From positions 1 through 64,000 of the IMG/VR virus record IMGVR_UViG_3300022305_000835: a stretch of DNA of 64,000 nucleotides; one strand, given 5' to 3'. Each line of letters opens with the position of its first letter. The first letter of the stretch is position 1. This document shows, piece by piece, positions 30,659-40,744 of the stretch. Below the pieces are notes generated by a model. That model was not told the DNA's origin. It worked only from the letters and a program-made list of their open reading frames with translations, and made no database searches. Origin of the DNA: a virus. Taxonomy: Duplodnaviria > Caudoviricetes. A program made the position numbers and the translations under genes.

Positions 30659-32350
30659 TTATCTCTTTGCTGCTGCTTGTCTGATGGTCTCATTAAAAAT
30701 CTCTATAGGTGTAGATGCTCGTTTAGGAGCCTCTGCAGAAGCAGGGACAGAGGATCCCCTATTAGACACAGGTTTCATAATAAAATCTAGTGTTGTGTCT
30801 TCACCTCGTCTAGGGGATGAGGATCCCCTATTAGACACAGTTTCAGATACAGGTTTTGAATCTTTAGGTGCATCCCTATATGGCGTACCTGTAATATCTG
30901 GATCCTCTGCATCTTGAACTATTGGTAGAATACTCTGCCTAAATTTTTCCTTCTGTGCATCAGTCTTTACATCTTGTTTTACTTTAACCTGTTCTGGTAG
31001 ATGGTTAATCTCATAGAGCTGTGCTGTTGTTTCGGCTGCTGCTGTTTTTTCCTCGGAAGATTTTTCTGTGGAGAGATAGTTCTCCATCTCTGCAGCCCCA
31101 CCTCTATTCCTTACATAATCTTTTATCATTTCTTTATAAGAATCTACGCTTGTAGACATAAGCCAGTTAGGGTCTAAGTTACCTCTCAACGCTATTTCAT
31201 TCATAGCCTCTTGAGATACGTGAGTTAGATCCATATTTAGTTCTTTACTTGCTTGATACTTTGCTTCTGCAAATGTATTAGAAAGATCCGCAATATTATC
31301 AACAGGAGTTTCTGCATTCTTATACACACTTCCCATACTGTCCTGATTAAACCTAGTTTCTTTAAGTGTTTTTTGTTCCTTTGCATATTGGGATGCTCGA
31401 TCTGATAAAACACTATAAGTCTTTTGTGCTGCCTCTTCAGGTGCATTTTCAGCAACAGTTCTCTTATTAGTTGCTTCAGCATAATCTGCTTTAGTCTTAG
31501 CAGCACCAAGTTGCATAGTACCCTCGAGTCCTCCTATTTCAGCAAGTGGTTGTTGTGGTCCTGTTTTCCAGAAATCTACTACGTTCTTATTCATCTCGCC
31601 ACGTAATAGGTTATCTGCCGTTATATCATCCTGTTTCTGGTATTCAGCACTTTGTTTCTGTCTAGTTTCAGCCCTGTGGGCTGCTTCAGTTGCTCCAGTG
31701 AGATCCTTCATATTCGTAGTACTTTGAATGATGGGGTCCAGCTTGCTGCTCTGTACAGCGTCTATTCCTGCTTTGGTATCAGTGGTTTTAGCTATAATGT
31801 TTGCATTATTAATTCTATTCCCTAAGTAGTGGTCTAGATTGAATACATCATTAGCCTTGAATACCGTGGCAATCTTATCATTCAGTAGAGCTATCCGTTG
31901 ATTTTCTGCAGCTGTAGCATCATACTGCTCTACATCATACTTAGCTTTTTGCTGGGCAACGGGATCATTAATATTTGCTAGACTCTGTGTCTGATTTGAT
32001 CCTTGGGTCTTTACAGTATTTCCAGCATTATTAGTCATAGCAGGTACAAGAGAATCATAGATACCCCCTGCTTTATCTTGATTGAACATACCTCCTGCCA
32101 ATCCAGCAATTTGACCTCTTGCTTCTGCCAGTTGTTCTGGTGTACTTACCCCAGACATAATGGATTTAATAGCTGCAGTTTTTGCAGCATCAGCTTGATC
32201 CATATTAGCTTGATTAGCATCTGTAAGAGTCTTACCTGCACCTTCAAAGCCTGCTGATGCACGATCTAATCCAGCTGAGGCTAATGCCATCCCTCTAAAT
32301 ACGGCATCATTAGAAGGTGCATTTACGTTTTGCCATGATATTTCAGCCAT
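30659..32350 (-). CDS. Ejection/internal virion protein (N4 gp51-like)
   Basis: MAEISWQNVNAP N-terminus; helical, Cys-free; adjacent to vRNAP. Confidence 0.65.
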   Translation of the reverse strand: MAEISWQNVNAPSNDAVFRGMALASAGLDRASAGFEGAGKTLTDANQANMDQADAAKTAAIKSIMSGVSTPEQLAEARGQIAGLAGGMFNQDKAGGIYDSLVPAMTNNAGNTVKTQGSNQTQSLANINDPVAQQKAKYDVEQYDATAAENQRIALLNDKIATVFKANDVFNLDHYLGNRINNANIIAKTTDTKAGIDAVQSSKLDPIIQSTTNMKDLTGATEAAHRAETRQKQSAEYQKQDDITADNLLRGEMNKNVVDFWKTGPQQPLAEIGGLEGTMQLGAAKTKADYAEATNKRTVAENAPEEAAQKTYSVLSDRASQYAKEQKTLKETRFNQDSMGSVYKNAETPVDNIADLSNTFAEAKYQASKELNMDLTHVSQEAMNEIALRGNLDPNWLMSTSVDSYKEMIKDYVRNRGGAAEMENYLSTEKSSEEKTAAAETTAQLYEINHLPEQVKVKQDVKTDAQKEKFRQSILPIVQDAEDPDITGTPYRDAPKDSKPVSETVSNRGSSSPRRGEDTTLDFIMKPVSNRGSSVPASAEAPKRASTPIEIFNETIRQAAAKR

Positions 32351-32816
32351 GTTTATATCCTTCTAGTTTGAGAGCATTTTGTTTCATGTATTCTTCAGTT
32401 GATTGAACAGCCCCAGGATTATTATTACCATATGCCATAGCTACACGACCATCCTGCCTATCTCGTAATTGTGTATTAGTTAATCTTGCTTGGTTAGTGT
32501 AGTTATTCCAATATTGCTCTTTATTAGACGCTAGGGTATCTTTAGCTAAACCATAGTTCTTCATGCCTAAGTATGCCTGCATACCTCCATTGATTGCTTG
32601 AAGTCCTCCTAGACCTAAAGCAATACCTTGACCCATAGCAGGAGATCCCCACCCTGTTCGTGGATTGCCTGCATTATTAAAATCCTCGGGGTAGTTACCT
32701 ACGTTTGCTTGAGCATTTTGTTGTTCCCATGCGTTTGGGTCCACTGTGTTTTGGTCATATAGTTCGAATCTGCCGTTATTTGTTCTACCTGACCAAATAT
32801 TTGGTTTAAATGTCAT
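32343..32816 (-). CDS. Ejection protein (N4 gp52-like, ~17 kDa)
   Basis: GLGGLQAINGGMQAYLGMKNYGLAK...QARLTNTQLRDRQ; synteny. Confidence 0.7.
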   Translation of the reverse strand: MTFKPNIWSGRTNNGRFELYDQNTVDPNAWEQQNAQANVGNYPEDFNNAGNPRTGWGSPAMGQGIALGLGGLQAINGGMQAYLGMKNYGLAKDTLASNKEQYWNNYTNQARLTNTQLRDRQDGRVAMAYGNNNPGAVQSTEEYMKQNALKLEGYKHG

Positions 32817-32819
32817 AAG

Positions 32820-35360
32820 TTACTCCTCTTTTGTGTTGTGAAGTGTTTCATTGAATGTTGGTAAGGTTAATAATATATCACAGAATTTAGTTAACATATC
32901 AAAGCAAACTACAGCTGGATTACCCTGGTGAATTACCCTATCATAATAGTCACCAGGCTTTTCTCCCGGAATCGTAAATGGTTCAAGTATGATTGAGTTA
33001 TTTTCTAAAAGGTCTTTAACCTTTTGGAGCTCTTTATCATTCTCCTCAGCAAATTCTAAGAAGGATTTATACTCATCAGATACACCCTGTATCTTTCTTT
33101 GAAACTCATTAGCAGAAGCAGAAAGTAATCCTGTGGCTATAGAGAGTATAAATATTGCAGGGGCCATTGTTGCACCTGCTACTCCAGCAAGCATATTTAA
33201 ACCTTCAACACTTCCTACTGCAAGTGCTGCTACTGCTACTACAATTGCTAAAATAAATGCTGCCTTTGGTCCAATTAACCTAGCAACTGCCTTTAATACA
33301 AAGTGCATTATTACCATAACAATTATTGCTTCAACAATAAATGCAACCACTAGTAATATTCCCAATACAATGGCCCCTGCTTTAAACGCTGTTAGAGCTA
33401 ACCCTAATACATATGGAAGCGCTTCTGGAGCAAGCCATGCTACTAAACATATAATAACAATAATGATAATGATAATAAAAATCTTAAACATCCCTGTTGA
33501 CCACCAAGGAATTTTTGTTTTTGTAATAATTTCAGTGTTGTAGATTAAGTGCTGTCCCCTACTATATAAGACCTCTTTCTTTGCTAAGGTGTACCTTTCA
33601 GAGATTCTTGTATCTATCGGAACTAATAAATGTGTCTCGACTCCATCACCCGCATCATTGTGTCCTAAAGTAGACTCTCTATGGGTAGCTGATTTACCTG
33701 AACCAATAAAGTAAGTCATTTTTAATTTTTTTACTTTCACATCTATAGCAGTAAAATCAGAGTTTAAGAATGTATATGTGTGTACGCCATTAGCATAGGA
33801 CATGCTATATGTTTTAGCTGTCTTAGACCTTACAGGCTCATATCTATGTGTAATGGTAATGCCATGATGCTGTAAGGATATTTTAAAGCGTTTATCTTGA
33901 ATGATAATTGCATTATAATTTTCAGCCCCTAAATTAACTAAATTTGTAGACAAGGCTTGACGTACGTTCTCAGTCTTGTTATTTCCAACAGTTAAAAATA
34001 CATCAGCATCAGATTTATTATTAGGATCTGTAGCCCATTGACTAAAAAATGCATGTAAGTATTGAATATCAATTTCATTCGTTGAATTAGCAGAGGTAGC
34101 CATTACCATTATGATACTTTTCATATCTTTTAATTTGGGATTTACTTTCCTCTTTGTTTTTCCATTAACATCTTTAATGTCATAAGTTACATCCCTAGAC
34201 AGTGTCTGTCCAAATGTTTTAGACATTGGATCTTTATCAACATACCATTCCTTTTCACCCGTTTTTTCTGTTACATCCTCATTGTGAATTTGGTCACATA
34301 AAAAGTCATAATCTATGTTAGCTGTGTTTAATATCCGCTTTGTATCTTTGTATGCTTCAGTTGTTTTATCTATCGATTGATCAATCTTATCCCAGCGTAA
34401 ATAAAAGAATGGGAATAATCCTCCTTCTACAGTAGACGCTTGTGGTTTAGTAAATATAGTTTCAGCTTTATCTCTATCTGATAACCAGTCTGCTTCCTTA
34501 GTTATAAATTTAACTACATTATTAACTGCATACTTAATTTGATAAAAATCAGTAATGTAATAAGAGTTAGTCTCTACATCTGTAAGAGGATCTATCCTAC
34601 TTTCAATATCCGTCATATCAGGTGTAAGAGTAAAGTCTTTGAGTACAATACCTGGAACTGATGTAGGAGAGGTTACTGGATCAACTACTTGATTGTATGC
34701 ATAGTAAACATGAAATGTAACTTTGTTTAATTTAGGAATATGATTGTTATAATCCACTTTAGTAGATTTATCTACATAGGATGTAGAGTCTCCCGCATAC
34801 GCACGTGTTGGTGAGTATTCAGACTTTGTTGGTCTACCCCATGGATCAGTAATATTACTTAAGTAGGGAGATTCCTTCTCTTCAATATTTAATACAAGGT
34901 CATCTAAATAAACAGTCTGTTTTAATTGTGCGGATAGCTTACCTAATTTATTTGTAGTAGGGTCGTATTGGTGCTTTTGAATTAATTCTAACCAGGCTTG
35001 ATGATATAGATTTAGAGGCATAAAGTATGAATACTCTAATCGAATATCTGTTACCTCTACTTTTTCTGCTAAGGCAAGTGCAGCTATAACAGCAGTATCC
35101 CCATATTGCATTGCAAGGAATTGCCCCGTTGGAAGACCATAGAAGTATTTCTTTTTAGCAGAGGTATACATAAAATTAGCTTTTCTACCTATGCTTTCCA
35201 TATACCTATTCTCTAGTGTATCAGATAAACTCTGACCTTTTACAAGAGCTTCATATGTCCCATTTCGAGCAGTGTTTGGTACCTGATCATCAGGAATTAA
35301 CCTCATAGCTTGCGTAGCTACAGTAATTGTTGTTTTTATTTTACTTGTGAATAATCCCAT
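32820..35360 (-). CDS. Structural protein (N4 gp53-like) with C-terminal multi-TM region
   Basis: MGLFTSKIKTTITVA start, PWWSTGMFK followed by long hydrophobic helices; synteny. Confidence 0.7.
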   Translation of the reverse strand: MGLFTSKIKTTITVATQAMRLIPDDQVPNTARNGTYEALVKGQSLSDTLENRYMESIGRKANFMYTSAKKKYFYGLPTGQFLAMQYGDTAVIAALALAEKVEVTDIRLEYSYFMPLNLYHQAWLELIQKHQYDPTTNKLGKLSAQLKQTVYLDDLVLNIEEKESPYLSNITDPWGRPTKSEYSPTRAYAGDSTSYVDKSTKVDYNNHIPKLNKVTFHVYYAYNQVVDPVTSPTSVPGIVLKDFTLTPDMTDIESRIDPLTDVETNSYYITDFYQIKYAVNNVVKFITKEADWLSDRDKAETIFTKPQASTVEGGLFPFFYLRWDKIDQSIDKTTEAYKDTKRILNTANIDYDFLCDQIHNEDVTEKTGEKEWYVDKDPMSKTFGQTLSRDVTYDIKDVNGKTKRKVNPKLKDMKSIIMVMATSANSTNEIDIQYLHAFFSQWATDPNNKSDADVFLTVGNNKTENVRQALSTNLVNLGAENYNAIIIQDKRFKISLQHHGITITHRYEPVRSKTAKTYSMSYANGVHTYTFLNSDFTAIDVKVKKLKMTYFIGSGKSATHRESTLGHNDAGDGVETHLLVPIDTRISERYTLAKKEVLYSRGQHLIYNTEIITKTKIPWWSTGMFKIFIIIIIIVIICLVAWLAPEALPYVLGLALTAFKAGAIVLGILLVVAFIVEAIIVMVIMHFVLKAVARLIGPKAAFILAIVVAVAALAVGSVEGLNMLAGVAGATMAPAIFILSIATGLLSASANEFQRKIQGVSDEYKSFLEFAEENDKELQKVKDLLENNSIILEPFTIPGEKPGDYYDRVIHQGNPAVVCFDMLTKFCDILLTLPTFNETLHNTKEE

Positions 35361-35376
35361 ATATATATGTCCTAAT

Positions 35377-35406
35377 AAATAAAAGGGAACCGAAGTTCCC
35401 TTTATT
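35377..35406 (-). terminator. Rho-independent terminator with C(UUCG)G loop
   Basis: Minus strand GGGAAC-TTCG-GTTCCC-TTTT. Confidence 0.75.
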
Positions 35407-35428
35407 ATACATCAGTTTGTATCTCGCT

Positions 35429-37156
35429 TTATGGAGTAGTAGCAGGTTTAGGAACTACAGCCACAAATTCAAGGCCTGATTTACCAGATGATTTCACAGG
35501 TGTTATTAGTGCATCTATAGCAGCATTTCTAGTTGCCATTGAAACACCTGGCCCGACAGATGCACTTTCAGGATTGGCCATTAATTCAGTAGCCCAGGCA
35601 TCCACAGCAATCTTAGCTGCCTTTTGTTCAGCATCGCGTTGAAAGCCATTAGTTTGTGCTACATATAGCCCTTTCTGTCTACCTATAACGGATGAGTCAT
35701 CTGCAGCTTCTCCCACAGTCTGAGCAGATTCAGTTACTGTTTTCTGTTCTAATAATGCCTTTTCTGATGTTGTTTTGTTTTTAGTCTCAACAAGGACATC
35801 ACGTTCTGCTTTCAGTTTACACTCTGTTGCTGTAATAACAGCATTCTGTCTTTCAATAATACTACTTCTATCTATGGTATTAGCTACCAATTTCCCATCA
35901 CAGTCATAAATACCAATACCCACAGTTTGTCTCTTCTCTGTATCCCCTTTATATCCTGTTAAGATTATTTCTTTATCAACCTGTAATTTTTGGGCATCAA
36001 GTAATGTTCCTTGTTTAACTAGCTTAGTCTCCTCAGTTACTAGATTTGTTTCTTGTTGTGTAGTTAAAGAGGTCTGTGCTTCTATATGTAATCCTTGTTT
36101 AGAAATGTTATTAAATTCTTCTACAAGGTTTTCCGTTTGTTGATTAGTTTGCAATACTTGGCTATCCAGTAAGCTTGTTTGACTCTCGATGTGTACACCT
36201 TGTAAAGGAATATTATTAAGTTCCTCTAAAAGATTTAATTCTTGTTGAGATATTAAAGAGGTCTGTGCTTCTATATGTGCTCCTTGCTTAGTAATATTAT
36301 CTTTTTCTTCTACAAGGTTTTCCGTTTGTTGTTCAGTTTGCAATGTTTGTTTAGCTATTAAGGATGTTTGGCCTACAATTTGTAATCCTTGTATAGGAAT
36401 ATTTAAAGCTTCTGCATTTAAGTTAATTTTTTGTTGGGATACTAACGCAGTTTGTGTATCTATTTGAAAGCCCTGCTTTATGATATTAAGTAGGTCTGCA
36501 TTTAGATTTGCTGTTTGAGCTTCAGTCTGAAGTTTTTGACTATATATAGCCAGCTCTTCTGCTTTTGTATTAGCCAGCTGTTGTACTACAACTTTAGTCT
36601 GTTCTACGGCCTGTAATGCTTGCTGACTAACCAAAGCTGTTTGTGCTGTGATTTGTATTCCCTGTTTAGGGATATTTAATGCTTCTTCAATTAGGTTTGC
36701 TTTTTGTTGTACCGCGATGCCTGCTTGAGCTGTAAGCAATAAGACTTCTGCAGGAATCTTAACTAGATTAGCCTTAGAAATTTCTAACTCAGCCTTAGCA
36801 ATATCTGCTTGGATAACTGCAAGAACGATCTGAGCATCTAATTGTCTAATAGTTGCCTCAGCTTTTCTTGCTTCAATCTCTGCTAATAGTACCTGTTGCT
36901 CAATCATTTGGGCTTCTAAGCTAACTTTGTCTTTTTGAAGCAAGAACTGCAAAGAGGTACTCATAACAGATTCTAGTGAGCCTAAATAAACAGTGGCATA
37001 CTCAGCACCTTTAATACGGTTCTTAGTAAATTCAGCCTCTAAGTGAACCTTATTAGCTCGCATTAATACATCAAAAATGCCTGTACCTGTTAAGCTTGAT
37101 GTGGTGAGATCACCAATTGTAATTGGTAGAATAGGTACTGCTGTTGTTGTTGCCAT
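35429..37156 (-). CDS. N4 gp54-like structural (tail tube) protein with expanded heptad repeats
   Basis: GTGIFDVLM...HL..EF..NRI.GAEYATVY and GRQKGLY..Q..GF.RDAEQKAAK conserved ends; synteny. Confidence 0.7.
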   Translation of the reverse strand: MATTTAVPILPITIGDLTTSSLTGTGIFDVLMRANKVHLEAEFTKNRIKGAEYATVYLGSLESVMSTSLQFLLQKDKVSLEAQMIEQQVLLAEIEARKAEATIRQLDAQIVLAVIQADIAKAELEISKANLVKIPAEVLLLTAQAGIAVQQKANLIEEALNIPKQGIQITAQTALVSQQALQAVEQTKVVVQQLANTKAEELAIYSQKLQTEAQTANLNADLLNIIKQGFQIDTQTALVSQQKINLNAEALNIPIQGLQIVGQTSLIAKQTLQTEQQTENLVEEKDNITKQGAHIEAQTSLISQQELNLLEELNNIPLQGVHIESQTSLLDSQVLQTNQQTENLVEEFNNISKQGLHIEAQTSLTTQQETNLVTEETKLVKQGTLLDAQKLQVDKEIILTGYKGDTEKRQTVGIGIYDCDGKLVANTIDRSSIIERQNAVITATECKLKAERDVLVETKNKTTSEKALLEQKTVTESAQTVGEAADDSSVIGRQKGLYVAQTNGFQRDAEQKAAKIAVDAWATELMANPESASVGPGVSMATRNAAIDALITPVKSSGKSGLEFVAVVPKPATTP

Positions 37157-37177
37157 GTTATCTAGGTCCCTTATTGA

Positions 37178-37741
37178 TTAATCTTCTAATGATTTAGATG
37201 CTGCTTGTCTTGCAGCTAGTTTTGCTAACTCATCTGATGTTAAGTCAGGTAAATACTCAATACCAAACTCTTTAATTAATTTGCCTCTTCTACCTGAGTT
37301 ACCTCGTGAATCTTTAGTAGTTGTGAATACTTGACACATTCTTTCTTCCATCATTTGTAAGATAATAGCAGGGACATGCCAACCATCTTCAGCAGTAAAG
37401 GGTACATAGTTTTTAACCGTACCAATAACCGCATTACCTACACTAAAAATCTCACCTTGCCATTCTTTCTTAGCTGGATTCATACAAACAATCCGAACAC
37501 GAACTAACCGTAAACATTCGTTTTTAATGCGGCGTTTCATCTGCTGTTCTGTTTCTTCTTCTTTAGTATTTAGGTTTGGTTTAGGAGCATCTTCTGCTGC
37601 AATAACAGCAAGTTTTTCTCGTAATTTTTCCACTTTAATAGATGGGTGATATTGCAAACCTAGTACATCTGCACGAGCTTTTAAAGTTGTTAATTCATCT
37701 GGTAATAATTCTTCTAAAGATAAATCTGTATTTTCGATCAT
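37178..37741 (-). CDS. N4 gp55-like conserved protein
   Basis: DELTTLKARADVLGLQYHPSI...LREK; RLVRVRI.CMNP.K.EWQGEIF.V.N. Confidence 0.75.
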   Translation of the reverse strand: MIENTDLSLEELLPDELTTLKARADVLGLQYHPSIKVEKLREKLAVIAAEDAPKPNLNTKEEETEQQMKRRIKNECLRLVRVRIVCMNPAKKEWQGEIFSVGNAVIGTVKNYVPFTAEDGWHVPAIILQMMEERMCQVFTTTKDSRGNSGRRGKLIKEFGIEYLPDLTSDELAKLAARQAASKSLED

Positions 37742-37760
37742 GTTTGTCTCTATGTAGGAT

Positions 37761-37796
37761 AAAAAAATAGAGAGTAGGCAATATACCTACCCTCTA
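37761..37796 (-). terminator. Terminator after the major capsid gene
   Basis: Minus strand TAGAGGGTAGG..CCTACTCTCTA-TTTTTTT. Confidence 0.7.
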
Positions 37797-37807
37797 ACGA
37801 TGTACTA

Positions 37808-39247
37808 TTAAAGAGTAGCAGAAGTTAGGATCATACCTAAACGTTCAGGACGTAAAGACATAAAACCATACCACCATTTAATAGATGTAAAGCCTGTTTC
37901 ACCATAAGGATCAAAACGATCAGCTGTAGCTTCACCAGGTGCTTTATGTGTAATTTTAAATTTGACAGATTTACCATCAGTTTGGAAACCAATAGTAGTA
38001 AATGATTCATCACCAACCACTAAGATTGGGAATACGTCATAACGTTGTCCTGTTTCATAATGAGTTGTTGTAGCTGAAGCATCGCCACCAGCACCAGCCC
38101 ATTTTTGCATTTCAGGTACTACTACAAAACGGAATGCATCAATAGATCCGATTTCACCATGAATTACTGTACCTGCATCAGCATAACGATGTACAGGAAC
38201 AAATGCAGGATTATTATGTAAATCTTTCATAGCTTTGAAAGTAGGGATCAATTCAGAACCAATATAAGCAACACGTCCGCCCATAATAGTAGCTGTATCA
38301 ATCATTCTTGATCCAGTAATAATCTTGGTGGATTTAGGAGTACGGTTATTATCTAAATCAATAGATAAACGCATCAAATCACCATAAGTTACAGTAGTAG
38401 CTGTTACAGTTGATTTAGATGTTGCAGTACCAGCATATCGAATAGTACCTGCGTTATTTAACAAATCCACTTGCAATGCTGCTTCTGTCATTTGGTTTGC
38501 ACCTTTTAACATTTCAGTATTCAAGTGTTGAGCTAAATCAGCATCGGTATCAAAGTCGATAGAATCTTGTGTGTATTCATCAAAGAAACCAAATTTCTCA
38601 AATGTCCCTTCTAACTCAATACGTTTGAAGCCTACACGGTTAACACGACCACCTGTTTCAGATACAGCAGGTAATTTACCTGAGATAGAACCTACATCTT
38701 TAGCTGAACCATATAAGTTACCAGAACCTTGTTTACTAAATGCACCAAGATTTAAGGCTACAATTGCATTGGCTTTAGTGACTGTGTCTACTTTAAATGT
38801 CAATGGACCAGTTACAGTAATATTAGCTAAACCTGTGCCACCTGAATCAGCTGCACCAGCTACTGCAACAACAGTTGCACCAGCATATCCTGCATTAGCA
38901 TTGATTGCAGTAACTGCACCAGCAGCAGAAGCATTAGCAATCTGTAATACAGCTCTAGGTAAGGTAACAAAATAATCTGTATTTTTGATTTCAACACCAG
39001 CTGCATCAATACCTTGATCGTTTAAATTACGTTCATCCAACAAAGGCATGTAATGGTATCTACGGATCTTTTGACCCATATTTTTAGGCATTGAGATTGT
39101 ATCAGCCAATTGACCGAAATATGCTTCACGAGCAATGTCGATTAATGCTTTCTTTTGAAAGAAGAAGTTATTGATTTGAACACCAACAGATGATGGTGAA
39201 CCGTTTGCTGGGTCATTAAATGTACGACCTACTGTTTGTGATGCCAT
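37808..39247 (-). CDS. Major capsid protein (N4 gp56-like)
   Basis: MPKNMGQKIRRYHY.PLLD.RN.NDQGIDAAG, SETGGRVNRVGF, DPYGETGF.SIKWWYG. Confidence 0.92.
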   Translation of the reverse strand: MASQTVGRTFNDPANGSPSSVGVQINNFFFQKKALIDIAREAYFGQLADTISMPKNMGQKIRRYHYMPLLDERNLNDQGIDAAGVEIKNTDYFVTLPRAVLQIANASAAGAVTAINANAGYAGATVVAVAGAADSGGTGLANITVTGPLTFKVDTVTKANAIVALNLGAFSKQGSGNLYGSAKDVGSISGKLPAVSETGGRVNRVGFKRIELEGTFEKFGFFDEYTQDSIDFDTDADLAQHLNTEMLKGANQMTEAALQVDLLNNAGTIRYAGTATSKSTVTATTVTYGDLMRLSIDLDNNRTPKSTKIITGSRMIDTATIMGGRVAYIGSELIPTFKAMKDLHNNPAFVPVHRYADAGTVIHGEIGSIDAFRFVVVPEMQKWAGAGGDASATTTHYETGQRYDVFPILVVGDESFTTIGFQTDGKSVKFKITHKAPGEATADRFDPYGETGFTSIKWWYGFMSLRPERLGMILTSATL

Positions 39248-39263
39248 GATTTAGTTTCCTAAT

Positions 39264-40352
39264 TTAATAAAATTGTGATGCAGACATTTTGCTGAATTCA
39301 GCGTCTGACATAGATAAAGGGTTAAATTCACTCTTTCCTGTTGCTTTAGGAGCAATAGGCGTAGAACTAGCTGCTCTACGTTTTTCTTTCAACTGCGTGT
39401 CATCCGCTTTAGGTTTCGGAGCTACGATAACTGGCTGGTTGGGTGTAGGATTTCCAATATGGTTAAATCCACCTCTAGCCTGAATTGCATCCCCAATTTT
39501 ACGATAAGCATCAATGTTTGAGAGGCCATCTAATCGTCCAAACATGCGTTCGCGTTCTACCTCAGTGCTAATAATGTCATAAATTCCCGAGGCCATATGG
39601 TCATTGATAACTTTAAGTAGTTGAGGTTGTGCCGCAATTGTTTGTTTACTAGATCCATCCCACTGTTTACTCACGATATCAAGTGTTCTGGTGTATGTAG
39701 GAGAATCTTGCATCTCTTCTAATACTGTGTCCAAAGCAATTGCACGATCGTCTACTGATCTATTAGTGGGTCTATATTCATTTGCTTTCTCGGTATCGAG
39801 TTCAAATGGATCTATTCCACTTTCTTTAATTAATTTAGTAATCGCCTCTGGATTTTTATTATCCAAATCAATTAAGAAATTTAATTTAGATTCATCAAGA
39901 AGATTATTATTTTCTAATAACTTCAGGATTTTAAGACTGGGTTTTAACCCTGACATCTTCTTTTGATAGTTAGCACCCATTTGCATAAGTGATACAGCAT
40001 CTTCTACCGAATTAACCTGAATGTCCTTACCGTTAGCCTTAAAAGGTTTTATGATCTGTTCATATGCAGTTTTATAATCAAAATCAGTTTCTTCTACTTG
40101 TTTTGTATCTTCTGCATCGGCTGCAGCTTCTGTATCTTGGTCCTGTACATCTTGGTTAGGTGCTTCATCTATTTGAGTATCTTTCGCATCTGAATCATTG
40201 TCATCTAGTTCTGATTCAGTCACTGTTTCTTCAGTACTCGGTGCTTCTTCATAGGAAGCAGAGTTAAGAAAGTCTTCATCAGACATCTCAAGTACGTTAG
40301 TAGTATTGGTATCTTCCTCTATTACTGCTTCATTATCTAATTCAGTGCTCAT
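39264..40352 (-). CDS. N4 gp57-like protein (scaffold / annotated tape measure)
   Basis: Acidic N-terminus MSDEDFLN; PFKANGK.I......A..LMQMGANY..KM. Confidence 0.75.
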   Translation of the reverse strand: MSTELDNEAVIEEDTNTTNVLEMSDEDFLNSASYEEAPSTEETVTESELDDNDSDAKDTQIDEAPNQDVQDQDTEAAADAEDTKQVEETDFDYKTAYEQIIKPFKANGKDIQVNSVEDAVSLMQMGANYQKKMSGLKPSLKILKLLENNNLLDESKLNFLIDLDNKNPEAITKLIKESGIDPFELDTEKANEYRPTNRSVDDRAIALDTVLEEMQDSPTYTRTLDIVSKQWDGSSKQTIAAQPQLLKVINDHMASGIYDIISTEVERERMFGRLDGLSNIDAYRKIGDAIQARGGFNHIGNPTPNQPVIVAPKPKADDTQLKEKRRAASSTPIAPKATGKSEFNPLSMSDAEFSKMSASQFY

Positions 40353-40693
40353 TCTGACTCCCCTTCACTATAGAACTCTGTTAATTGCTCAGAGGCATCT
40401 TCTAATGTTCGTTGTGCCATTCTAGCACGTAAGATAATAGTATCTAGGTATCCACTTAAAGATCCAATAGCATCGATTTGAGCAATGATACTATCTTGAG
40501 ATTCCTTAGTCTGCATACTAGGACTAGCCTTTAGGTGAACCAATCTAATGGCCTCTAACTCAAAGAATCCTTTAACAATGATAGTATTGAAATCTTTATT
40601 CTTTTTTAAACGATCGAGTGTGTTACCAAGAGATACCGATGCATTTGCAGCAGTAATATCTTGTTCAAGTGCTTCAATGTGTGTTAATGACAT
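40349..40693 (-). CDS. N4 gp58-like protein
   Basis: L.RL..NKDF..II.KGFF..EA.RLV; between portal and gp57. Confidence 0.7.
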   Translation of the reverse strand: MSLTHIEALEQDITAANASVSLGNTLDRLKKNKDFNTIIVKGFFELEAIRLVHLKASPSMQTKESQDSIIAQIDAIGSLSGYLDTIILRARMAQRTLEDASEQLTEFYSEGESE

Positions 40694-40744
40694 ATGTAGT
40701 CTGTTACTCAGTTAAGGTTAATAATGTATAAAGGCTATCTTATA

